A DNA stretch of 44,543 bases from Guillardia theta CCMP2712 (lineage: Eukaryota; Protista; Cryptophyta), in the NCBI RefSeq assembly GCF_000315625.1, contig NW_005434596.1:375389-419931 (forward strand). Reading direction: 5' to 3'. Made by a program: the position numbers and the translations under genes. The notes under the pieces are model-generated. The model saw nothing but the letters and a program-made list of their open reading frames with translations. It was not told the origin of the DNA and did no database searches. Of this stretch, positions 35,671 through 44,543 are shown in pieces (position 1 is the stretch's first letter; each line of letters opens with the position of its first letter).

Positions 35671-36086
35671 GTGTTAATAGACGTATCAGAGCTCGGAAAA
35701 CTAACTATATCAGCGTTGTCTTCTACGCAATATTCATCTTCTCTACCCCCGCCCCTCCTTCCCTGCTGCACCCTTCAAGATGGAGTCTTACCATGGCGTC
35801 TTGTATGTGCTCAAGATTGGCAAATAGAAACCTGAAACCAAAAATTAGTCAACTGGACCGGGCTCGGTACCAGGGCACTCGGCCTGAAAGCGATACAAGC
35901 GTGGAGGGAGTGAGGTCAACACAGCACAAGCGGCCAGCGGTTGTGAGATCAAGTTGAACAGAAACCTTGTGAGTCATGTATGTGACCATCTAATCAAGCT
36001 GTAACCAAACGGCTTTCTTTGCGCTCTTCTTACAGACCCATTCCTTGTCAAATCTCTGTATCCGAACTCGTGGATCCTCGGTCATC

Positions 36087-36506
36087 ATGGACGAAGTTCT
36101 TGCAGTGATGAATCGTTTTGATGATATTATTGAAAATTGCTCGAAGGAGCTTCGAAACTACAATGAGTGCACTTTGTCGTAAGTATAAATCTCTATCAAA
36201 CTTCTCTCCTCACTATGTTCTCACTCGATGGGCCTACCCCTCAGGCTTGGAGCAGATCGTTGTGAAGCCCCGAAGGAGAAACTCATAAGTTGTCAGCGTC
36301 GAATGGAATTGCAAGTGAATAAGATAAGAAATACTTGTGTCATCGAAAATGAAGGTGACCTGATAGATTGTTTGAAAGCTAGTCAATGATACAATGTTTC
36401 AGATTATCATAGGTGCATGGCTCAAAATAGCTCAAACGAGTCGTGCCTTCATGCTTTGAAGAAACTTTTCACATGCACTGAGAAAGTTGTCAAGTCATCG
36501 TCTTGA
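36087..36506 (+). CDS. Four-CX9C protein (Mix14/CHCHD5-like mitochondrial intermembrane-space protein), 3 exons, absent from ORF track
   Basis: Spliced: CSKELRNYNEC, CEAPKEKLISC, CVIENEDYHRC, CLHALKKLFTC; phase-compatible GT-AG introns. Confidence 0.8.
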
Positions 36507-36759
36507 TCGACGTTTCGTACTCAAAGATGACAAAGCCTGTCATTTCAACCCATTCAAACCTTATAGTTGATGTTTTCATCCTGCCCGAATCAACATTGAA
36601 CAATCTTATCTTATCAATGCCTCCAGGCAATATCTTCTTTAAGTAAATACAATGAATAATGTTTGGCCTAAATCACAGTATCTTTGATTGCTTGAAATCC
36701 ATGAAACTGAAGGAGGAGTAGCGGTATGAATGGGTTTCGAAGAATTGCTCCGAAACACA

Positions 36760-37768
36760 TCAAACCGTGCATTCTATTCCTCTAACAGATCGATCTCGTT
36801 GTAGCTGAAGCTCATTACATCTATCTTCATTTTCCAATGCTCTTGCAAGGAACGGGTTTGAGCGCCTCTCCTTGCCAATGGTTGTAGGCATCATGTGAGC
36901 AGGGAAAACCTGCGAGGAGAAGTTAGAGCCATTGCGCCAAGTTTGTTAGCTCTACTTTTGTTTCATCTGGCAGATTCATCACCCTTCTGAGACTCTGATT
37001 CATGGCCGACTTATTGCTGAATGTGGAAGAGAATTTTTCAGAGTACAAAAGAATTCAAGACAGAATACCAATAATGCAAATCGGTCCTTCCAATGTTGCC
37101 ATTGAATAACAAGTCTCCACCGATGAGGAATCCATGTGCTTCACAGTAAAAGCTGACATGGCCAGGCGTATGCCCAGGGGTGTGCAATATTTTTAGCTCT
37201 GTTTCCGGAATTAAACAAAAACTATCTTGCAATTTACATTCGTTTTGCACTTACCTACATCACCAACAGTTATGCATTGTTGATCCTCGAGATAGTTTTC
37301 TGGTGGTGACAACTTATCAACGCGCATTATACCCGTCTTACCACCGTGCTGATTCTGTAGGCTTTCATACAACGGCGAATCAGCACGATGTATGTACATA
37401 GGGACGTCGTGGAGAAATGTTCTTCTGATATCCGGCAGTCCCATAACATTTTCTAAGTGTGCATGGGTTTGTAGCAAAAACTTGATAGAAAATCCGAATC
37501 TTTTTGCGGTCTCCAAACTGGCATTTGCATCGCCTGTATCAATCAAACATGCTCGACCTGTCTAAAATCAACTGTAAGCCTTTCTACACGGAGATAAAAC
37601 TTTAGGGCAGAGCACCTTTGTGCAACCTAGTAAGTATTGGTTCATTTGGAAAGGGGTGACTATTTCGTAGCTCAGGATTGCTTGGCCCTCACCAAACCCC
37701 CGACCAAAGCAAAAGGTTCGCTCAGCCCACCACTCGGCTTTGCCCCCATTATACCTCCTGAAACACAA
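36760..37768 (-). CDS. Metallo-beta-lactamase fold hydrolase (glyoxalase II-like, YcbL/GloC type), multi-exon; ends approximate
   Basis: [70 protein letters not shown]. Confidence 0.88.
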
Positions 37769-38156
37769 CGATCAACAAAGTACAATCAATGTTTGTTTTC
37801 AACATTTGAATCAGAAGAAAATACGCAGCCAGAACTTTACACCAATTTTGAGGGAAATCACCATGAGTTTAACTCATTTCTCAATTTGTGCATTTCCCTG
37901 CAACTGATTTTGAATGACACATCATATGACTTGCACCGCATAATCTTCGAAAGCTGTGTGTGTGCGTGTATGCATGTACATTGGTGCATGAGAAGGTGTT
38001 GGAAACATCACCTGTGTTGCCTGTTCAGGAACGTAGACATGAGCCTTCTGTGCAATGCGGCCTTCGCTTGTCTGACAGCCATTGGGAGAAACCGGTTCAG
38101 ACGCAAGGAGGGTGGAATACATTTATCTATGTTAGGGTACCCGTACTGACCTATAA

Positions 38157-38161
38157 GGGGG

Positions 38162-38202
<41 letters not shown>

Positions 38203-38229
38203 CACCGGGATCGAAACCCGGCGCTTCCA
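38157..38229 (+). tRNA. tRNA-Ala (anticodon CGC)
   Basis: Acceptor GGGGGCG/CGCTTCC with G3:U70, D arm GCTC/GAGC, anticodon stem CGCGC/GCGCG with loop TT-CGC-AT, T arm CCGGG-ATCGAAA-CCCGG, discriminator A, followed by T-run. Confidence 0.96.
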
Positions 38230-38234
38230 TTTTA
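38230..38234 (+). terminator. Pol III oligo-T terminator
   Basis: TTTT immediately 3' of the tRNA; T6 run at 38265-38270. Confidence 0.6.
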
Positions 38235-38265
38235 TACAACATTGTACTGGGCAAACCAGCATCCT

Positions 38266-38290
38266 TTTTTAACTTAACTTTGAGTAAAGA
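38266..38290 (+). repeat. Dispersed AT-rich motif, copy 3
   Basis: 21/21 with 3309-3329. Confidence 0.85.
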
Positions 38291-38389
38291 CCTTTTTTAT
38301 AGATCCTTGTTGCCGGACGATTAGAGGGCTGGATATGCTGCGATGGCTCCACGGATTCACGAGTAAGGCAGTAAGATGAGTGATGAAAA

Positions 38390-39787
38390 ATGAGACGAAA
38401 TGGCTTGATCGATTGGAGGAGGTGGGAACGTGAAGGAGCACAGCAAGCTGCAGTCCGAGAGCAGGAGAGCGGGTTGAAGGTAGAAGAAGCGAAGATAACG
38501 GTGCAAGAATGCAGCGCACCATTTTCAGGAAGGGGGATTAGAGTCAAAGATGGGATGAGCTGCTTTGATTTATGAAGCATGAATTTCATTTGATTCATAT
38601 TTTTGCAGTTCTTGTGGTTTCGTTAGCACTTGAAAGAGATGATTACAAGGGAGGATGGAATGACAATCATGACAGCTGGTTGACAACTCAACGATGCAAC
38701 ATTCGAAAGATTCATCAGAAATCTGGTGAGGCCTGCAAGTGAGGGTGTAAGGTCTTCAATGAGGAAATTGTCAATGACAGTTATGAGTGCGGATGAATTC
38801 CGCAAATACTTTGAAGACGAACCTGTGATCATAGTTGGCGCTCCTGCAGTTTTGAATGTGAAGACTCGTAATTTGTATCACGTTACATGAAGCAAAGGAA
38901 GCGACGCTGACACTACCCAGGTGTCAGAAGAGTGAACTCCTGAAAATGTATGGGGATCTCAACGTCACTCTCAGCAGCGCAAATACTTTTTCTCATGCTA
39001 GGAGGATCGTCAAATTCAGCGATTATGTCGACCAATATTTGAACCAACACACTTTGGATCAAGTCGCGAATGAGTGCGTGATCTCATGTAAACCATGATG
39101 ATAGCCTTAAAATTTGAGTTAGAACCTGGTATTTGTTTGGAGACAACAATCATTCAGAATGGAAAGAAATCTTTCAAAGTTACATTGAGGTGATGTCCCA
39201 TGATGCATTTGCATTGTCAACTTACCAATCGAGCTAGCAAGACTTCTTTTATGACCATGAGCGCTTGAATGGACGTGAATCATCCTTGAGCTTTGGGATC
39301 GGTGTGGAGCTATTGTCAGGGCGGGTATGAACTGAAAGATCTTACGTTCGCAGGAGGAAGCGGGTCTGGCGTTCCGTTCCACGTGCATGGACCAGGGTTC
39401 AGCGAGGTTCTGTGGGGACGCAAGCGATGGTTCCTCATGCCCAAGGGTGTTCAACCGGTCCTCTCATTGACCTCTAACTCGACCTGTGATGATACGTCAA
39501 CAATCAGGACTTTGACCCAGACGAGACGACGTCTTCACATTTTTTTATTGTCCCCAGCGCTACTTACTCTTTGCAGGCTTGTGTGGCTTCGTACAAGGTA
39601 CAACTCAATGCTTCAGGCTGAAGGAGGACATGACCTTCTTGAGTGCACAATTGAACCGGGAGAGCTGCTCTACTTCCCGGACAACTGGTACCATCGTTCT
39701 TGATGTACTTTATCTAAACAGTCTTGTTCTAGGTTTCATGCGACGCTGAACATTGGTCAGTCTGTGTTCATGAGCACGTTTGTGTAA
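38390..39787 (+). CDS. JmjC-domain protein, JMJD8-like, multi-exon; start uncertain
   Basis: MSADEFRKYFEDEPVII, VTLSSANTFSH, GSGSGVPFHVHGPGFSEVLWGRKRWFL, LECTIEPGELLYFPDNW|FHATLNIGQSVFMSTFV-TAA; HxH...H ligand set typical of JMJD8. Confidence 0.85.
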
Positions 39788-39919
39788 ATTAGTCATGGTA
39801 AATTTCATATCAATACTATATGGAGACAAAGCACAACAAAATGCAACCACTTTTCTGACGTACGGCGTACTGCAAAAACAAATTCATGCTACACTCTTTC
39901 ATCATAACATGCGACCATA

Positions 39920-41380
39920 CTACAGAACGGTCTTTCGTCGAGAAATCATATACTGCCTAAGCCTTGGCTTGGGCTGCCACTTCTTATGAGCAAAGAGGCC
40001 TGCCTCACACTTTTCGCAGTACCAGACAGAGTTCAAGAGCCCGTCGATTACGAGCAAAGCGTCCTTGGTGTCTGCAAGCAGAAGCTGAAGATTCAAGCAG
40101 AGGTGAGCGTCATAGATTGCCCTTTGTTTCCCTGTGACTGCAGCTCGCGACAGAATCAAGGTTTCTATTTGCTTGTCAAGCGTCTGCACATACTCCACTT
40201 TGGTCTGTTCCTGGGTGTCCAAAAGTCTGAACCTTCTCCGTCTCATTCCGTCATCTGACAAGCGTTGAAATCCAGCGGAATCTTCATCCAGCACGAAGAG
40301 ATCATCAAAAGAAAATTGAGCGTTCTCACATTTACAACCAGGCTCCATGCAGAAAGCATCGTGCTCTTCAGCAGGCTTGACCGAGCTCAAGAAGTTTCGC
40401 AGTGAATCCCTGTAGCATGGCGAGTCCATGTTTTCATAGGTCTGACATTGGGACAACTCATCAGAAACTTTGCTCCCAATCGATCTCGGACTGAACAAGT
40501 AACTGGATGAGGGGAAGTTGGCTGGTCGTTCATATTCTTGGTCACAGGCTATAGTTGTTTCGGGCTGAAGACTAGAAGATGCTTGACTTGAACACGTTGA
40601 ATAAGAACCCTTTGCAACTCTTGTATCTTCAGCCCTCTCAACCTCAAAATTGTCAATGTCCATCAAACCGTTGGCGTGACAGCTACTGAGGGAATCAACA
40701 CAAATGCAAGAATCAAAATTGCCCTCAATTTTCTCAGTGAAGGAAGCATGCCATATAGCTTGATCTAGTTTTCCAGAGATACTGTTGAGTTGTGTTTCAT
40801 ACATTTCCAGAAATTCTCCAGATTGAAGGAACAATCTTCTATACACATCTCTTTCCTTTGTCATTTCATCAAGCTGTTTAGAGGTCCTCTCTAATGCTTC
40901 ATTCATGACTTCCTCCACCTGACGCCTAGCAACTCGCTCCTTCTCTAATTTGTTTTCCATTTCTCGAATTAATTCAAAAATTTCTCCTTCTAACCCAAGA
41001 AACTCCATTTTTGCTTTGCGTGTTACTGAGTGAATAATTTCATTCGTCAACATTGGGCCCTCTCCATCATCGAACATGATGTTTGGAAGAGACTGTCTCT
41101 TAGCTCTACTCTCCAGATTTCCTTGCCTACTGCAATTGTGCATTACGCTCTTATTGCTCAAAAAAACCTTAGATGAATCGTCAACGATGTTGTCACGATT
41201 GTAATGGATTTTTGCCGTTGGAGTGCGCCTACACTCAAGAAACTCGCTGGGTTCATCATGGTGCAGCATCCAATCTGTGTAAGTCTTTTTTTCAAATACT
41301 TGATCATTGATCTGTCTGTAACAATTGTCTTGTACGTTTTTGCTTTCAACAACTTTTGGAAGTGATTGCATGGTTTGCAT
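39920..41380 (-). CDS. Hypothetical protein with central coiled coil
   Basis: 486-aa ORF with heptad segment ELIREMENKLEKERVARRQVEE...; 3' part may be spliced. Confidence 0.65.
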   Translation of the reverse strand: MQTMQSLPKVVESKNVQDNCYRQINDQVFEKKTYTDWMLHHDEPSEFLECRRTPTAKIHYNRDNIVDDSSKVFLSNKSVMHNCSRQGNLESRAKRQSLPNIMFDDGEGPMLTNEIIHSVTRKAKMEFLGLEGEIFELIREMENKLEKERVARRQVEEVMNEALERTSKQLDEMTKERDVYRRLFLQSGEFLEMYETQLNSISGKLDQAIWHASFTEKIEGNFDSCICVDSLSSCHANGLMDIDNFEVERAEDTRVAKGSYSTCSSQASSSLQPETTIACDQEYERPANFPSSSYLFSPRSIGSKVSDELSQCQTYENMDSPCYRDSLRNFLSSVKPAEEHDAFCMEPGCKCENAQFSFDDLFVLDEDSAGFQRLSDDGMRRRRFRLLDTQEQTKVEYVQTLDKQIETLILSRAAVTGKQRAIYDAHLCLNLQLLLADTKDALLVIDGLLNSVWYCEKCEAGLFAHKKWQPKPRLRQYMISRRKTVL

Positions 41381-42649
41381 GGATTGGAGTACAGCAACAG
41401 CAGCTTTGTCAAACAGCTTGTTCCATGTATGGTTTGTTTCACTTCAATTGTTGCTCCCTGTCAGAAATTCAATGTCAGTCGAGATTGAAAGCAGATTTGT
41501 TGCATTCCTGGATTGGTTTTTGTTTTATACTCATACATTCATCATACAAGGTATAGGGATCATTCTAGCATGCCTTTGTCACATCTCCAGAGCTAATTTG
41601 ATTGTTGCGTGTAGTTCCATACCTGAGCAATCTTCTCTCCTCCTTCCAGCACAACCTAGTCTCAATCTTAACAGTTACACTAAAGTTCATAAACCCCCCG
41701 CGTTCACCATTGTTCTCATGCATTCATACTACAACACATCCAACGTTGTTAAACTACCTTGCTACTGCTATCTATACATGCATGGATGCGTATCCGTATT
41801 ATCAAAGATCGTGTCTCTATAGCTCCATTGCTTCGGCATCCGAGCATCAGAGAGAAGTCCTGTGATAACAAGTAGGACCCCTCCCTCGGCGGCTATTCCG
41901 GAACGTTTTCCCGGCACCACCCCTCATTCTGCCAGGGAGGTACCCCTACTGTAAGACCCAAACATTCCGACCACACCGACTCCGAATGGCTCGGACCCAC
42001 TGGTCCCTCATCTTCGGCCTCGGAGCGTTCCGACGGAGGGTGGGGTAGCCCACGGCCCCCATCCCCCACTTCCGAGAGCTCACTGGGTTTCTGGTTTAGG
42101 GTGTAGGGCGAAGCGATGGAGGGACGGTACATCTGACTCTCAGCGAGGACCCGAAGATCAGAGAGGCGCTCGCAGTCGAGTCGGCGAGTTGACAGCTGAT
42201 CGTTTTGTGTCCAGAAATAAGTTGAAGAAGGCATCAAGACTGCAGAACCCGGCTTGAAGGCAGGCGCCGGGCGGCAAGGACGGCGGGCGGCCGCAAGGAG
42301 ATCAAGATCTTCATCAAGTCGACGGCGGCATCGGGTCGCTTCACGAGGAAGGAAATGGAGGGGCCCTGTACAACGGCGGCAACACGTCCATCGCAAGAGT
42401 CAAGAGAGTCTTCAGTGTTGGAGATAGCTAACAGGCTCGAGATCAAAGTAAAGTTCGAGCTTGGTTGCTGCGCCTTCGAGACAGAAGGGCAGCTCCTTCA
42501 TCATGCGTCGAGCATCCGTGGAGCGGCCAAGGAAGATGCATAGCTTGGACCCGTTCCGAGGACTTGGTTTAGGGTTTAGGCCCGGGTTTAGGGATAGCGC
42601 TGAACTTAAACAGCACTGCGGCAGCCGGGGGCATCGAGGCTGCGGCATC

Positions 42650-44543
42650 CCGCTTCGAAAGTTCTCAGAGGATTACGGGCCCCAAGGCAGCCCCGCAAGT
42701 CCGCCAAAAACAAATCTTCTGCTCAGCATCTTGTCCAGACAACTCGACCAACAACAAGACGAAAAAGCAACTCAACACCCTAATAATCTGTCATTTGCAG
42801 ACGACCTTGTCCTGATAGCAACATGATTCAGTGAGCCTCGGAGAGAGATGAAAACGCTTGTTCAAGTGGTAGAGCGATTTTGTCGATGGAGCGGATTAGA
42901 ACTGAACACAAAGAAATCTGAAATCACCAGCTTTGATTATCGGCTAAAGAGGGAGATCCCGGGAACGCAAAACATCGAGTCAAGTTCTTTCAAGTTTGAC
43001 AAGGAGATTGTGAACCTACCACCGACAAAATGGTTCAAATATCTAGGGATCCGGATCAGCTTGTGGAGACCAGGAGGAAGAGGCAACAAGGCGCACACCT
43101 GCCCCTTCACGTGGGGAGAGAAAAAACACATCTTGGAGAAGACAAAAGAACTGACAAAGCTGATTGAATCATCTGCTTACTCTGCAGCCCAAAAAAATTA
43201 CCCGAAGTTTAGATACTCGGCGGTACTGGTGAGCTGGTCTTGGTCAGACCTAAAACCTAAACCCTAAACCTAAACCTTGGATACCCTCTGGACCAGAGCA
43301 TTCAAAAGAGCTATGGGATTGAGCAAGAGTACAAGCAACGCTATCTTTCACCTACCTTGGGACAGAGGAGGCCTCCAACTCCCTCATCCAGCACCCATCT
43401 TGGGAAGGGCGGCGATTCGGTATTTAGAGAGAAAAACGAATAAGAAATGCAGGGTGGACGATGATATCAAGTTTGAAAGCAGTCTGATCCACAAACTAAC
43501 ATCATGGTTATTGTTTGGCACCCTAAACCAGTTACAATCGGAGAAATCAGATCGGGCAGACTCAGTTAGGAAATAATTGAAAGCAAGATGAAACCGGGGA
43601 CAATAGCCATATTACACGACTAGGGTTTAGGGTTTTACATTATCAGACAACAGACAATGGTGGCAAGGATTCGAGCGGGAGACCTCACCTTGACAGAGAA
43701 ATTCATGCTCGAAATGCATGTGGGAAGAGATTTACTAGGGAGAGGGTTCAAACAATGTGAAGGGTCAGTTACGCGAACAGCTATCCAAGCGATCACCTTC
43801 TCAGCACCGACGAGGAAGAAGCTCTTTCAATGGGGGAAGACTAACTCACCATGTTGTCCTCACTGTCCAGATCGAGAAGAAACCTGGGGTCATGTTCAGC
43901 TAGCGTGCAAGCAGTTCCAAGATATGATTCAAAAAGCACACAATGAAGTCATGAAGAAGATCAAGGTAAGACTGCAGCAGAGTTGGAGGAAACAAAGGGT
44001 ACAGGTCAATTCATGGTGGGACACCCCAATACGCATCGTGATGGAAGCGATTGGGACTTCAATGCACCGAGAAGGGCACTGGATACCTGACGGTTGCTGC
44101 TACTTTGCAAGCATCAAACGCATTGTCCTCATCGAATTTGCAAGGACATCGGAATATGACGGAGTCGGACAAACAAGCCTGGAATGCCTGAAGAAGAAAT
44201 TTCAGGAAAAGGAAGAGAAATATGCCCCCCTACGAGCAGAAATCACAGCTTTGCTACCTGATCATGAAGTTGAACAAGCAACATTCATAGCAGGAGTGAA
44301 AGGATCGATCATGGAAAGGGAATGGCATGAGAATTTCAGGGTGCTAAGGGTGGAAGACACGGAATGGGAAGGCATCAAGACAGCAGCAATCAAGCAACTG
44401 CTGGTGGTGCAACACATGCTATGGACGGCAAGAAGGGGAAGCGAGTCGACCTAGTCCGATGGGGGGCAGGCGCGGCTCATGGGCAAGCCACCTATGGAGC
44501 ACAGGCAGGGAAGGAAAACAAGCCTAGCACCAAGGAGACAGGC
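42650..44543 (+). mobile_element. Decayed non-LTR retrotransposon of restriction-like endonuclease (RLE) type, RT 5' part missing
   Basis: GPQGSPASP (RT motif 4), FADD (5), GLELNTKKS (6), FKYLGI (7), HLPWDRGGLQLP, CCHC finger CPHC-x8-H-x4-C, AHNEV, WIPDG...VLIEF...KY (PD-(D/E)xK); broken by stops. Confidence 0.88.
43249..43277. repeat. Interstitial telomere-type repeat (CCCTAAA-like) inside the retroelement ORF
   Basis: CCTAAAACCTAAACCCTAAACCTAAACCT; related tracts at 42093-42108, 42566-42593, 43520-43529, 43621-43635. Confidence 0.8.

Noticed and set aside
30039-39787. Functional gene cluster or operon
   Set aside because: Unrelated functions and mixed orientations in a spliced eukaryotic context.
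42227-42245. 18/19 match to 44368-44386 (GAAGGCATCAAGACNGCAG)
   Set aside because: Similarity does not extend, so it cannot be supported as a terminal repeat or second copy.

Overview
Eukaryotic nuclear DNA, gene-dense, with many short (~42-60 nt) GT-AG introns and longer microsatellite-filled introns. Signal peptide + Phe-starting transit peptide presequences indicate an alga with a complex red-type plastid; the style resembles a cryptophyte such as Guillardia theta (inference, not checked). Genes in order: S10 serine carboxypeptidase (-), disrupted CHIP-like TPR/U-box gene, atypical GATA-like Zn-finger protein, Sfi1-like repeat protein, GT31 glycosyltransferase (-), very large hybrid histidine kinase (10 PAS + HisKA/HATPase + ~5 receiver-like domains), exosome subunit RRP40, GH29-like hydrolase, two convergent putative thylakoid-lumen (Tat) proteins, a four-CX9C protein, an MBL-fold hydrolase with an altered metal motif, tRNA-Ala(CGC), a JMJD8-like protein, a coiled-coil protein and a decayed RLE-type non-LTR retrotransposon. 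The most unusual signals are (i) short TTTAGGG/CCCTAAA telomere-type tracts in both orientations inside and just upstream of the retroelement, at least one apparently inserted at a telomere-like seed, (ii) a dispersed 21-bp AT-rich motif and palindrome-rich GC islands in intergenic DNA, and (iii) the recently expanded PAS array. Exon structures were read by eye and outer boundaries of some multi-exon genes are approximate.
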